From the NCBI GenBank assembly GCA_030141605.1, contig JAQGDQ010000619.1, positions 1-64,000 on the forward strand: DNA of 64,000 nucleotides. The letters run 5' to 3'. The position numbers and the translations under genes are program-made. A model generated the notes under the pieces. It saw only the letters and a program-made list of their open reading frames with translations, did not search any database and had not been told where the DNA came from. Each line of letters begins with the position of its first letter. Within the stretch, counting starts at the first letter, position 1. This stretch comes from Tubiluchus corallicola (taxonomy: Eukaryota; Animalia; Priapulida). Shown piece after piece: positions 12,590 through 26,737 of the stretch.

Positions 12590-13460
12590 CGGTGACAAAC
12601 TATCAAAATTATTACATCTACTGTATCAAATTGTTATGTTTCATACATTGTTTCGTTATCATAAAAGAATAATTGTACTGCAGTGGGCTAGAGAAGCAAA
12701 GGCTTGTATAAGCCCACTGTCAGGTGAACCAGATAAAAAAAGAATGGATGAGTGAACAAAAAAAGAACTGGGAGAAAGGTTAGATCACACAGGAAGTGTA
12801 GAAGGATGTGTTAGTGGAAATGTTAGGAAGAAAGATAGTAGATTGTGCTATGTTGACATCAGCTCTAAAGATTTATCAATGATGCCTTGTTTTGCATAAT
12901 CTGCACCAGGATTGTGGTATGACTGCTGCAGTAGGTGTGGGAAATTAGGAAGTGTTGTACTTGTTGAGAATCATTGCTCTATATTTCTTTTAAATTTTTG
13001 AATTGGCTGAATAGTTTTTAATTCATCATTATTTATGTCATTCCAAAGCCTTGGACCAACATTTGCAATGAATTGCCACGTCTGTTCTACAGAAATTTAC
13101 GACAAACTCATTCATTCTGGTTGCGTAACACTGATTATTAGGTTGGACTGGCTTATTAAAGAATGTTGAAAAGAAATGATATTCAGTTTTATACATGTAT
13201 ATAGCTGTGTTCATTTCTATTAAATCGTTAACAGTTGAAATGTTATTAGTTTTGAAACACGTTAAATTAAGATGTTTTTTTTCTAAGATTACAAGTGATC
13301 GTATGAAATTTTCTTTGGATAACTAGTAATTTATTTACATTAGTTGTATATGTATGTCCCCAAAGGAAGCAACAGTACGTAATATTAAACAATTGTACAA
13401 GGTTATTAGATGTAAATTAGCAAAGCAGTTTTTAGTCCTACACACATCACCTATAACTTT
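12590..13460 (-). mobile_element. LINE (CR1/L2-group) remnant: degraded ORF2 end and 3' UTR
   Basis: - strand reads QFIANVGPRLWND near 13040; the 3' part has a reverse copy at about 58800-59140 with a (TAAA)n tail. Confidence 0.6.
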
Positions 13461-13551
13461 TTGAAATTTTACTTTCGAGCAAATTTACTTTTGATATTTT
13501 CAAGTTGCTTAAAGAAACGTTGTTATCCACACCAGTGACCGAGGCTAGTTA

Positions 13552-14045
13552 CAGGAATGAGAATAACAAATTGCAAAAAACTCTGAAACAGGCCGGGGGG
13601 TTTTGGGGCCACCAAGGCCCCCAATGGGGTTGAAATTGCAATTTTGTGACCATAGAGAGCCTCTAAATGGACTTAAAATATCAATTACCTTGTTTCATGC
13701 ATAATTTAAATACCCAACTATCAAGGATACATGATACCTAATTGTCTCAAAAATGCCCAAGTACTGGCCGCTCCTATGTAAAAGTATATAAAAACTGTCC
13801 GTAATTGACCCAAATAACTCCGCACAATTGATTCTATATTTTTATACATAGAGATATACACGTGGCTACACTAATGTACGTGATGTAAACAAAGTGACGG
13901 CCTGCCAATTAGCGGTCAGCTTGTGAAATAATCTACAGGGTCCATAAAAATTCTCTCAGCGAATTTACGCGATTTACAAAAATGGCACTACCGGTCTTCC
14001 AAAAACTCGGAATTTCCGCGTATCCCCGGAAAATTCTCATCCCTG
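13552..14045. mobile_element. MITE with CAGGGATGAGAAT TIRs, copy 2 (inverted relative to copy 1)
   Basis: Reverse-complement similarity to 10101-10582 over most of its length; TAGTTA on both flanks. Confidence 0.85.
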
Positions 14046-14075
14046 TAGTTATGGTGTATTTTCCATTTATTTTAG

Positions 14076-14248
14076 GTGATGGTAGCTGGTTATGATGTCA
14101 CTTCCTGCCTGTCTAATGCCTACCAAAACATGGGATATTGTCCCCAATACGATGCGCTGTGGGATGACGTAACATTGACTGAACATCTGGAGTGCTATGC
14201 AAGGGTTAATGGTATGAGTGCAGCTGATGCTAGAAAGACGGCTGAATA
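14076..14248 (+). CDS. ABCA-subfamily transporter, Q-loop exon
   Basis: ttttag acceptor, TA|gtaagt donor; VMVAGYDVTSCLSNAYQNMGYCPQYDALWDDVTLTEHLECYARVNG...; GYCPQ is an ABCA hallmark. Confidence 0.95.
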
Positions 14249-14335
14249 GTAAGTAATAGATGTGGTTTATGAACCATTTTGATTGGGTTATTTTAAACCT
14301 CTTGATTATTATTAGGCTACAACCTATAATATTTA

Positions 14336-14710
<375 letters not shown>

Positions 14711-15220
14711 CGATTAGGTGTGTTAACAATGGCAAGTTTTTCAAGTTTTTTCTCTCTCTAGTATCATAATTAAGTATTTTTTGGCTGCAAACAAGAGAAC
14801 CAATATAATTTTAAAACACTTTCAAGGGTCAACAAAAGAAAAAGTCTTTGCAAATGCAAAATCTCCTTTTTTTAAATTTATTGTATTTTTAGACTTCATT
14901 TAAGAAAATCCAGTTTTAATTTGAGTTGAATATGTATGTAAATTTTATATTATATATATAATATGAATATATATAAATTTCAGATAGAAATATTATAGAA
15001 TATAAATTTCATATTAATTATATATATATAAGATTACATATCAATATTATATATTTATACATATATATACATAAGATATATATTATATATTATATATATA
15101 TATATAAGATGACATATCAATATTATATATTTATATATATATACATAAGATATATATTATGTATATATTTATACATATACATAAAATATACAATTTTATA
15201 AGATTTCTCATATCAATATC

Positions 15221-15252
<32 letters not shown>

Positions 15253-15823
15253 AATTAATATAATATTATATTATATATTATTATATATAATTGATATGAA
15301 ATTCAAAGAAAGCTTCTGGAAAATGAAGTTTTCAAACTGTTGATGATGATAACACCTCTGTTAGTTTCTTACCATTTGTTTATTTCATACAGTCTGAATC
15401 CTGGGATGAATCACTCAATGATAGCTCATACTCATTGTAAACTGTGTATCTTTGACAATGGAATCCTTCTCACTGTCAAAGATAAGCCTCTACGTCTAAG
15501 ATGACTCACAATGTAATCTCTTTAAACAATGTAGAAATCCACTGGCAGTATGGCAGAACCTACTGGCGTCAAAAACCCGTTAGTAACCCATCAAGTCACT
15601 GATTAGGCCTAGCATTGCTTAGCCGCAGTTGTTAAGCACATAGTAACTGCACAGCTATTCACCTTGCCCAATAAATTAAAATAAAACATTATTGAGTTGA
15701 ATATTGATTTTACTGTCCGCATAAAGTTTTTAAGGTACTTATTGGTTGCTGCTTTGTATGTAAAAAATAAAGATTTTAGGAAGATATCTGTTGATGATAT
15801 TACTACTGTGATTTGTTTTCTAG

Positions 15824-15899
15824 TTACATGAATGCTCTTCAAATTTCTGAACATGCCAATAAACGAAGTAAATTGTTGTCTGGAGGTACAAAGAGAAAG
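15824..15899 (+). CDS. ABCA-subfamily transporter, signature-motif exon
   Basis: ttttctag acceptor, AAG|gtaggc donor; 76 nt, phase 2-0; (Y)YMNALQISEHANKRSKLLSGGTKRK. Confidence 0.93.
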
Positions 15900-15956
15900 G
15901 TAGGCGAAAAATTTATGAATGAAGTATTGGCATGTGATCAACTCTCGTCATTCAGC

Positions 15957-16305
15957 ATCGGTTTGCCGGACCTCGCTTTTACGGATTTTGGAAAATTCGG
16001 ACAAAATCTGGGGCGTTAAAAGTCCCGCACACTACGGACACAGTCTGTTATTTCACGAGCTGATCGCTAGATGGCAGGCCGTCACTTTGTTTACATCATA
16101 TCAGTGTAACCACGACAGTGCTTAAAAGCGAAGTAAGACGACATAAAAATAGTAAAAGCTCAATTATGCGGACTTATTTGAGTTAATTGCTGACAGTTTG
16201 ATTCCACATTACTGTGAGTCTAATACATGGCACCTTAGTATCGGTAAATACGGCCAATCGGCAAATTTGGACCGACGTCGCCCCGCTTTTGTCCGGCAAA
16301 CCGAG
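15957..16305. mobile_element. MITE with TCGGTTTGCCGGAC TIRs
   Basis: TIRs TCGGTTTGCCGGAC/GTCCGGCAAACCGA; internal segment shared with the 10101 family. Confidence 0.6.
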
Positions 16306-16684
16306 ACATGAGCGTAGTTAAATTGAGTAAAATAGTTATTTATGCATGTGTAACATTCATTCAACTCCAATTGAATCAACTTTCCTGACTTTGGGAAGCG
16401 TCATTAACAACATTCGTTATATTTACATTATTTTTATAAGATTTCTCATTACTAGATCGAACACTCCCTAACTTCTATAGTTTCACATCTATATATATAT
16501 AAATATCTTAAATATAAATATAAGTGTATATGTCACATCTGTACTCTTAGTGTATCAAGTTAAAACAGGTAAATAGAATATGGATTTTAAAAAATCAGTT
16601 ACCTGAGTAGCGAAATAATGGATTCCACACTCCCTATTCTTTCCTGAAAATTATTTTCTCGACAGGCTTTTCTATCATGGCTGC

Positions 16685-17517
16685 TGTTATGAGTTGCTTT
16701 AAATATTGTAGAATTCAACCACTGCTGTCTAATGTTGGTTGGCTGTTGACAGTTACTCCAAACCGTTGTTGTAGTGCGTGGTCACATCATAAACTGCTGA
16801 CGAAAACGTAGCATTGCGAATAAACAGATCTTCCTTTACTTGTTAAACAGTTTAAGTGTTATGAGTTGCTTTAAATATTGTAGAATTCAACCACTGCTGT
16901 CTAATGTTGGTTGGCTGTTGGCAGTTACTCCAAACCGTTGTTGTAGTGCGTGGTCACATCATAAACTGCTGATGGAAATGTAGCATTGCGATTAAACAGA
17001 TCTTCCTTTACTTGTTAAACAGTTTAAGTGTTATGAGTTGCTTTAAATATTGTAGAATTCAACCACTGCTGTCTAATGTTGGTTGGCTGTTGACAGTTAC
17101 TCCAAACCGTTGTTGTAGTGCGTGGTCACATCATAAACTGCTGACGAAAACGTAGCATTGCGAATAAACAGATCTTCCTTTACTTGTTAAACAGTTTAAG
17201 TGTTATGAGTTGCTTTAAATATTGTAGAATTCAACCACTGCTGTCTAATGTTGGCTGGCTGTTGGCAGTTGTTGTGGTGCGTGGTCACATCATAAACTGC
17301 TGATGAAAACGTAGCATTGCGAATAAACAGATCTTCCTTTACTTGTTAAACAGTTTAAGTGTTATGAGTTGCTTTAAATATTGTGGAATTCAACCACTGC
17401 TGTCTAATGTTGGCTGGCTGTTGGCAGTTGTTGTAGTGCGTGGTCACATCATAAACTGCTGATGAAAATGTAGCATTACGAATAAACAGATCTTCCTTTA
17501 CTTGTTAAACAGTTTAA
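16685..17517. repeat. Tandem repeat, 172-bp unit (later copies shortened), 5 copies
   Basis: GTTATGAGTTGCTTTAAATATTG recurs at about 16686, 16858, 17030, 17202, 17361. Confidence 0.93.
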
Positions 17518-18205
17518 GAAAGATTCGTTTTCCAGTTCAAAACCAAATTATTGTAACATCAGTGCTGCTGTTTGTCTTGTACTCGTTCTAAAGGCGGCAT
17601 AATTATGCTGTCTCCGTCTTTCTCTCTTCAAAATACTCTGTCTTTCATCTCTTCTTTACAGCAGAGTAATTATTAAAGTCATACTGCAATACTATTTTAT
17701 GACTAAAGATTTAGGTGTTGTTCACAGATTGCACAACTCTTACCTCTCCTTTATAAAATTACTAAAAAACCTGTATAACTAAATGTTTGTCTTATCAGTA
17801 TATTGAGAATTATATTATTTAGTATTATTGTCCAAGTCAGCAGATTTGTTCTTAATCAATAAACCTAGAAATAATGAAGTTGAACTCAAATCAAAATGTA
17901 TTTAACTCCTGTTGTTGATTAATAGCATTATTAACCCAAAGTGTTTTTATCATTTCATAAGAATTTTCACCTGTATTTCACATAAAATCTAAATGCAATT
18001 TTTTAGTTTAATCAAGATTGACCTTATTTTGTTGCCCACTAATTAAACTACATGTATATTCTTTTCTCTGGATTATATAGAAAATGTCATAATTGTAAAA
18101 ATTACTAATGTTTCCTAAATTAAACTGATAACATTAATGCCCACCAGTGTCTAAAAATCATTTTATCTATATTCGGTAAAGGATAGCAGACTAGGTGACT
18201 TTATA

Positions 18206-18490
18206 GTCTTTTCGCTATCCTTTCTCTAGTTCTAGATCTATCTTTACATTTGAACCGTTTTTCAAAACTTATTAGAGATTCTTTTATTAATCGTATTTTA
18301 TTGTAGTATTATAAAGACATAAATAAATTAAAATTGAATTGAATTGTCTTTTCGCTATCCTTTCTCTAGTTCTAGATCTATCAATTCATTTTAACCATTC
18401 TTCAAAACTTATTAGAGATTCTTTTATTAATCATGTTTTATTGTAGCATTATAAAGTGACAAATAAATTGAAATTGAATTGAATTGAATT
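18206..18490. repeat. Tandem duplication of about 140 bp
   Basis: GTCTTTTCGCTATCCTTTCTCTAGTTCTAGATCTATC occurs twice. Confidence 0.85.
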
Positions 18491-18954
18491 ACTATGCAAG
18501 GATAGATCTAGGAAGTAATTACAAAAAACTAGGCAAGTGCACTACTTAACCCAAACAATGAGACGATGTGAATAAGCCTGTTCAGAAAAATCAATAATCC
18601 TATAACAACACAATTGCCATTCACAAATGAAGACTAGGCACAGAATCGAGCAAGGTGTAGTTGAACTTTTTTGTCACTAGATGGAGCTGAAATTGAATAG
18701 AAAAGAGGACTTTTGGCAGAGTGTGTGGTATCAGAGGTAATTTATATTAAACTTCAGAAGTTTTCGATTTTAGAAACTTTTCAGTTTGAGTTTATTTACG
18801 TGATTTGCTTCTTTAATCAGGAACTCTTATTTCCGGTCAGCTGTTTATAGAAAGTTCTAAATATAAACAAATTAGATCACACGAGATAAACAAAAGAGAA
18901 AGTTACCAACTTTGCGGGTACTTTCCCGCTTAATCCCACTTCCCTCACCAATCC

Positions 18955-19280
18955 AGTGTGCACCACTCATTTACCAAAAACATCATTATTGATGTTATTG
19001 ACAATATAAAGTAACTTATACTTTTGTTTAGTTAGTGAAGTATTTGTTACGAATTATTTTTTCAAACTTTGTGTAATGTTATCTAAACTTGTTTCAAATT
19101 ACTTATTATCAAAATGGCTGCATGTAATGGTCGTCATGGGATATTAAATTTACAGATTTTATAAAGCGTTACTGCTAAGGCAAGCCCTGTTTGCAATAAG
19201 ACGGCATTTTATAAGTGATATAAAATTTTAGGGTGATTTTTTAAGCTTTATTTATGAAACATTTTTGTGTTTTCTTGTGC
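18955..19280 (+). mobile_element. Fragment of the Kolobok-like MITE family (see 24168)
   Basis: Similar to 24525-24850, ends TTTTCTTGTGCT. Confidence 0.6.
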
Positions 19281-19352
19281 TTCTTGTACCTATGTTCTGG
19301 TATGCTAGCAGTTTGCAGTGCATTTTACTCAACATTTCATCACTTAATGTGG

Positions 19353-20110
19353 ATGGTGCTTTACTATGGTGCACACTGCATACTCATCATGGTGCTCTGC
19401 TATGGTGCACACTGTATACTCATCATGGTGCTCTGCTATGGTGCACACTGTATACTCATCATGGTGCTCTGCTATGGTGCACGCTGTATACTCATCATGG
19501 TGCTCTGCTATGGTGCACACTGCATACTCATCATGGTGCTCTGCTATGGTGCACATTGTATACTCATCATGGTGCTCTGCTATGGTGCACACTGCATACT
19601 CATCATGGTGCTCTGCTATGGTGCACTCTGTATACTTATCATGGTGCTCTGCTATGGTGCACTCTGTATACTCATCATGGTGCTCTGCTATGGTGCACAC
19701 TGCATACTCATCATGGTGCTCTGCTATGGTGCACTCTGTATACTTATCATGGTGCTCTGCTATGGTGCACACTGTATACTCATCATGGTGCTCTGCTATG
19801 GTGCACACTGCATACTCATCATGGTGCTCTGCTATGGTGCACGCTGTATACTCATCATGGTGCTCTGCTATGGTGCACACTGCATACTCATCATGGTGCT
19901 CTGCTATGGTGCACACTGCATACTCATCATGGTGCTCTGCTATGGTGCACACTGCATACTCATCATGGTGCTCTGCTATGGTGCACACTGTATACTCATC
20001 ATGGTGCTCTGCTATGGTGCACACTGCATACTCATCATGGTGCTCTGCTATGGTGCACACTGCATACTCATCATGGTGCTCTGCTATGGTGCACACTGCA
20101 TACTCATCAT
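19353..20110. repeat. Minisatellite, 36-bp unit (CATCATGGTGCTCTGCTATGGTGCACACTGCATACT), about 21 copies
   Basis: 12-aa periodicity in several frames. Confidence 0.95.
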
Positions 20111-21278
20111 TCATGCTGTCACCGCAGCTTATGTCTACGCCACGAAAATTTTGTTTGCTTAACACAATTGCAAACAGCTGCGATTTAAAATGGGATACCG
20201 ACTAATACTGTCATTAAATAGGCTCTAGTTTCAAAGCTCAAGGATGGGAGACTACAAATTTAACCCTTTACCTGTTATTCAAGAGATTTTGTTTGTCTCT
20301 TTATTTTGAAATTTGTGATGGAAATAATTGTAATTATAGAAAAAAAGTGTGTTTAGTGTGATTTTGTCTCAGTAGCAATGCTATTGGTGGCTGCATCTAT
20401 CACGTCTTAACTCTTTTACTATTAAAAGTTACTAGGAATTCCAGTATTAAAAGTTATTATTGTATAATTATGTTATTATTTGAAGGTGGTTCCATTAAGG
20501 GGGGGGGGGGTGAGAAAAATTCCTAAAGCAGCTGTAGCGTGATCGATGTCTGTTTCCCAGAACGTGGAGCTGTCCACGTCTAGAGAAAAATCACAAAGTT
20601 TTAAACCTCTGAATCACGTTATGTGATGGATCTGCTGGTCATAGGCCTTGACTCTGCCTCTTCCATCTTGTACCTTTGATAATTTAATTTGTGTTTGAAC
20701 AACAATTGATGGATTTCGAGTTTTTTACCTGTGATTTGTTGATTCTGCAGCAGAAATCAACCACTCCCTTGATATTGAAGTCTTAGACTGGTACGGCAGA
20801 TGTCTTAGTCTGGTACAGCAGATGTACTTATTGAAACAATCAGACCTGTGTCATTCTGTTTGGACAAATATCAGTAACTGGCAGGTATTAAAATCAAATT
20901 CCTTTGTGTGAAACTTAATGCAGACTAGACTAGGTAATCCTGCTGGGAGATTTGTAATGAGTTCTTATCCTCTTGTTGTTTATTTTTCCTCCATGGTGAA
21001 ATGGTGTGACTGTTTAGTGATGATATACATTAGGTATTTCTGTACTTGGCTCCTTGACCAAACTGCATGTGGCCCGCAGGTATTGCGGGAAAGTTTAATG
21101 TGGCTCGACTAGTCAGGTAATTTGCACCCCTCTGATCTATGCAATCATTAAGTTTTTTCATGATGATGACATTGTAGCTATTTCATCCCACCAACATTCA
21201 CACTTCTGCAGTTTATGGCAGACAAGTTTTGCACCTTCAGCTCCTCTCTACACATTCATTTTCAAAATATCAAATGTA

Positions 21279-21746
21279 CAGTCAACCTCGGATATAAGGG
21301 ACACCTCTGGACCGGAAAAAAAACCGTCCCTTATATCGGATGTCCCTTATAGTCGAAGTTGAGTCAGACCGAGGGTGTGTCTAGACCTGTACTTTTACCC
21401 ACATTTTTATGGATTATTGCTACACATTCAGTGCAAATGGTATGTAGGAAGCTCCTTCAGTGATGTGAGATGTATGTCACCACGGAAACCGAGTGGCCGA
21501 GTTTGCGAAAAATTGAGGTTAAAAATCGATCAATTTCGCTTTGATCATAGGATCCCTCATTTGCGAGGTAATTTACCTGGTTTTCTATTACACGGGACTG
21601 GAGATATCGTCCCTTATAACCGAAAGTCTCTTATATCCGAGTACCTTATATACGAATATCTTTACATAGGAAAAACGTTACGAAAAATCTGGACTGGTGT
21701 TGGTGGTCCCTTATAAGCGAGTACCTTATAACCGAGGTCAGGTTGA
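21279..21746. mobile_element. Tigger/pogo-like MITE
   Basis: TA-CAGTCAACCTCGGATATAAG left end; degraded right end CTTATAACCGAGGT; repeated CCTTATA subterminal motifs. Confidence 0.65.
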
Positions 21747-21885
21747 AACAAAAGGTTATGGGGTGGATTCATGCCACATTGAAACAAAAGGTTATGGGGT
21801 GGATTCACGCCACGTTGAAACAAAAGGTTATGGGGTGGATTCATGCCACGTTGAAACAAAATGTTATGGGGCGAATTCACAACAC
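21742..21885. repeat. 36-bp tandem repeat, about 4 copies (GTTGAAACAAAAGGTTATGGGGTGGATTCATGCCAC)
   Basis: Direct repeats adjoining the MITE end. Confidence 0.85.
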
Positions 21886-23594
21886 ATTAAACCACGAAGG
21901 TCTTTAAAATGCTTTCTTTTGTTTATTTTTACATATAAATAAGATTTTATTACTCCATATCACACTGTATTAGGTACAGTATAGACGAATTGTTTTTTAT
22001 GTAAAAACTGTTTATTAAAATTTCATAGAATTTACAAAAAATATATACATTTAATACATTATAAAAAGGTTTACTAATTAGTCATTAAGTTAATTTAAGA
22101 ATCTTAGCTACAAACATTTAAACTAACTACAGTAGCTCACAAGTGTCAAAACAACTACATTTCTAATCTTCACTGCATGGCATAATTAGCTAAAGATTTA
22201 ACATTTTGGTGGTATAATTAGCTAAAGATTTAACATTTTGGTGATTTAGGGGCTATTAAAGCACCAAATAACGACTATTTTTGGAATCATGACACAAAAC
22301 AGTCTTTACTTTGTCAAATTTTTGTTGTCTCATTTTCAAAATTCGATACTGCCTTTTTAAATTTTTAATTTCGGCAGGTGAACTTGAAAAATACGTTTAA
22401 ACTTCGGAAGACTTTATGCCACTGTAATTAGTTGGTAATTAAAGAATTCTTAGTCAGTTAATTTGTTAACTTATTCAGTTTAAAGTGACAACCACTTTCT
22501 TTTTCCCATTGAATGTAAGAATAACTGCTGACCCAGCTTTGGGTACTGTACATCACAATGCAAAATAACGTTAGCTTATCAATAGGAAGGTTTTGATTAG
22601 TGGCAAGTGTGCACCAACATGTGAACTATTGGAAAAGTCAAACTTATAGGGATAGCTTTCAATAGGGTTATCAAAACACATCAATTTACATGTCTGATCA
22701 CGTTATTCTCCAAACCATGACTGGCCAAAGTTGGTCGTAATCTAGCACTCAGTGGCTGGACCTTCTTAATGTGGATGATAAGTGGCAAGGCTGGAACATA
22801 GTTCACTGCCATAATAATCTTCTAGGATGACGTATCTCCACTAAACTGGATATGTATCTTAGCCAACTTTAGTTGTGAATACATCCTCTTCAACAAGGTA
22901 AACACTCAGAATTAGTATGGCTAATGAAATCTCTAAAAGTTTACTGTGTACAATACAAACAAAGGTGAAATTTAATTTTATGGAGACTAGGTGAATAAAA
23001 TGTCCCCATTCTTGGGTATAATACATTTGCATTGAATGACTAGCAGTGATTAATTACAAAATAATTAGTAAAACAGTGCTAAATAAAAGAATAAAGACTC
23101 TTCTTCAGCTAAAAAGTTGACATTAGTGAAATTTATACCAACGTCAATCAAGCGTTTATATCAGAGGTCAAACTGTACTAGCTGCACTTGTAAACTGCAA
23201 TTTTGCACAACATTTTAGCATGTAATTAGACGCTAAAGCTCTAAACAGTGTTGACCTTGGGCTTGGACATGTTAGGGATACAGAGTGGTACTGAGAGATG
23301 ATGAGTGGGCAAGGTTAATGTTCTTGTTGACCTATAACAGCTTTTCTAACCGAATTGCTTAGATTAGACGGTACCTTATTACTTAATCGCCTATGCTTTA
23401 TGAGTCACGTGACAGCTGTACATGTTAAACATCAACGCCTTAATATGGTATTTCTAGGGAGTCAGAACTTAATTCAATTCAATTCAATTTATTTTATTTA
23501 TTTTTTGCTGTTTTCAATTATACAAGATGTTGCACATGTATGTTTGTATTATCGTAGTTTGCTGGTGAAATAAACTGAATTTGAATTTGAATTT

Positions 23595-23680
23595 ACACAC
23601 ACACACGCACACGCACGCACACGCACGCACGCACACACACACACACATGCATGCGCGCACACACACACATGCGCACGCAC

Positions 23681-23760
<80 letters not shown>
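23595..23760. repeat. (CA)n microsatellite
   Basis: Visible directly. Confidence 0.97.
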
Positions 23761-23762
<2 letters not shown>

Positions 23763-24167
23763 GTATTTAGTATGATAATAAGTTGAAGTTTAATAATTGC
23801 AAAAAAGACCTATTTGTGGTTCAGAAAGTGATGGAGAAAGATCATTTAATTTTAACTCCACAGAACACGTGTTTTCATATCTAGTGTTGCCTCCATTGCA
23901 ACTCTGATTCATCGACTGGGTTAGGATCGTGTGAGCGTTTCTTAAGTTTCTCAGGAAGATCTGATGTCAAGATTTATCACTTCAAGAACCTCATTGATGT
24001 TTAATTTATGAGGATAAAAACGGTGAAGTATTAAGAAAACAGATTATGCCCAGAATAGTATAAATATTATACTATTAAAAAACTGTAATTAAATAATAAC
24101 CTGTCCTCATCTCTACTTGCGACACTTTTAAAGTCTAGCGAGTCTATTGTTTTTTGACATCGTTTAA

Positions 24168-24850
24168 AGGACAAGAAAAGGGGCACCTGAAGTAGGTTTC
24201 AGAAAAATCGCCTTAAAAATCATATCAGTTTATAGCAATTTTATGCGTATATCACACTCGCGTTGAAAGGAATTTTAGTTTGTTTTCATTTTAAATCTCC
24301 AGGAATACTGTTCAGAAGTCGCCATTACATGACGTCATGTACCAAACGTAAATCAAGGGAAGAAAAGGCAATGTTAAATTATGTCTCAAAAGACTTTTCG
24401 TGCAAATCTGTATTACTTAGATTTTCGCTTACCTACTAGAAAGACTTATGTAACTAGAAAAGAAAATTATTAATTATTTAAAATGTTTTCACCAGTTAGT
24501 AAAATGTCGCTGAATCACCTTCCAGGGTGCACCACTCATTAACCAAAAAAACGTATTTTTAATCTTATTGACAAGATGCAGTAATTTTAAATTTTATTTA
24601 GTTAATGACTTGTGCACTACGAATGCTCTGATTATTTTTCAAACTTTACAAAATGTTATCTAAACTTTTTTCAAATGACCTGTCGTGGAAATGACTGCGT
24701 CTAACGGTCATCGCGGGAGTTTAAATTTACATGTTTTATACAGCGTGACTGCCGATTGAAGTTCTGCACGCAAAAAGGCAGTATGAAAGTGGTATAAAAT
24801 TTCAAAACAAATTTTTTAAGCTTTATGTTTATGAAGGGTTTTCTTGTGCT
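24168..24850 (+). mobile_element. Kolobok-like non-autonomous DNA transposon
   Basis: TTAA|AGGACAAGAAAA...TTTTCTTGTGCT|TTGA termini; reverse copy at 63298-64000 and fragments at 18955 and 41102. Confidence 0.65.
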
Positions 24851-25238
24851 TTGAGTAAAATCATTTTTATGTATTGTACCTAGATGCACTCATTCATGAG
24901 GACAGGACTTAGAAACTATAAGCTTGACCTTTGAACTTTGGAATGAGTAGAATGTACGATCTGGTTTTCACTCTCACGACTTATTGTAAAGACTAGCTTC
25001 AAGTTAAGTGTTTCAAAAGACAATTAATCACAGCTTTTTCAAGTGGTTCACTTTTTGGCAGTAGGGTTATTACTGTCCTTACACCCCTTGCACCATTGCC
25101 ACTGTATAAGATTACCTTCTCTGTAGAGTTTGTTAATATCCTTAGTCAGTGAGTCGTTCTATTTATATCACAATGAGCCTAGTTTCGTATCACATGTAGT
25201 TTATCGAAGGAATGCTAACCTGTCACCTGCTGACGTCA

Positions 25239-25522
25239 TTACGTCACTTGCCAAGTATTGCAATATTTCACAGTCGTAGCCGGGTAGATTTTTTCTTTTT
25301 CTCTTCTAAAAATGTTGAACTTTCTGTGATTCACTCGTATGCTGTACATGCTGTGTTTCTTCAGATGTTCCCCTAGACTCTTGATCAAACCTTTGTGGAT
25401 TAAGAAAGCGTTGTCAACAATGTTGAAGGTATAATTCTGCAGACACATTTCGTAAAGTTGCTGGATTTTGTTGTAACCGTAACCAATGAAGCGTTCGTCG
25501 TGATAAGGTTCCGTGTTGTATC
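25239..25522 (-). CDS. B4GAT1: B4GAT1/GT49-like glycosyltransferase gene 1, last coding exon
   Basis: ttttgacag acceptor, phase 1; (G)YNTEPYHDERFIGYGYNKIQQLYEMCLQNYTFNIVDNAFLIHKG...stop; DERFxGYGxNK and AFLIH motifs of GT49. Confidence 0.9.
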
Positions 25523-26441
25523 CTGTCAAAATACATTTATGGAATTGTTTATTGCTTATTTATTTCACATTAACACAAATGCACAATTAATACATTAAAA
25601 GAAACAAAAAGTTATCAATAATTCAATGAATAACAAACAGTAAGATACATAATAGGAAGCAAATTTTGGAAAAAGTGATTTAAACTGTCTTTAGACGTAG
25701 GTCAACCTATGGTAAACAAAGATAGAGATATCGCTACTTCCTTTAATACTGGCGTCTAAACAACATTATGTACAGCATCATTACAAATATACTAACTTGA
25801 CTCTCAAAACACTGTGGGGTTGAAAGAATAGGGGTATAAACAAGAGGATAGATAGCACAGATGATGAGAGGTGGTCGTTCCTTACCAAGAGACAATACTA
25901 CATGTCTGAGTCGTACTACAGGACTATCTCACAGTTTTTGCTGCTTACTTTCTATGCAGTAGGTTGTAGGTTCAAATGGTACTGTTTGACATACTGAATC
26001 ATGCAAGTAAAATGCATACTAATAAGCATTTTTATTCATGTATTGGCGTAACTTCTTCACTTCTGCTGACAACAGCAGAATATTAAGTTTAGAATGTTAA
26101 TGGTTGATCTTAAGACCAACTTAACATGAAGATTATTACATGTTATAATAGGAGTTGCATTGGAGGTTTTGAACTTGCCAACAATTAGAGCATTGTTGTT
26201 GTTGTTGCCCATAGCAACAGACTGTTGCTGGATTTTCCAAGCATAGACGTCTCAAACAATCTTAATTTTAAATTTATTATCACGCAAAGTTAAAAAAAAA
26301 GCATGTTGAAGGGTGTAACCTAAAACTTTGGCTTTTGAAGGGTTTTTAATGGTAGTAGAAGGCATATTTAACGTTTTCCTTGTATGCCAGTACACGTTAG
26401 TAATTTGTCGACCAAGAATATAGAATTTTAGATTGTCTTAC

Positions 26442-26568
26442 CAATGTACACTGGTTCATAATTCATTGGTCTCCATCTCTGAGACCAGAAAATGTTGAGT
26501 GTGTCTGTTCCAGGTTCCTTTAACCATTGTGCTTGCTTTGGTGCCTCATGGCAATACCGACACGATTT
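26442..26568 (-). CDS. B4GAT1: B4GAT1/GT49-like gene 1, middle coding exon
   Basis: ttacag acceptor, G|gtaaga donor; 127 nt; KSCRYCHEAPKQAQWLKEPGTDTLNIFWSQRWRPMNYEPVYI(G); CxxCH and EPxYIG motifs; phases join both neighbours. Confidence 0.9.
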
Positions 26569-26737
26569 CTGTAACATTTTAGATTTGCAAGATTACTATT
26601 TTATATTTTTTGATAAATTTGGTATCATGCCGTAGAGTGCGTTTTACGGATAAAGGATTTCATTTCGTGTTTTAAACATGAGATTTTTCTACAAAATACA
26701 CTGCTGTTATACTTTTCCTAGTTTGTTAGTAAATTCC

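Noticed and set aside
19254-20205. Four overlapping ORFs of 270-307 aa
   Set aside because: Produced by a stop-free 36-bp minisatellite; no unique coding sequence
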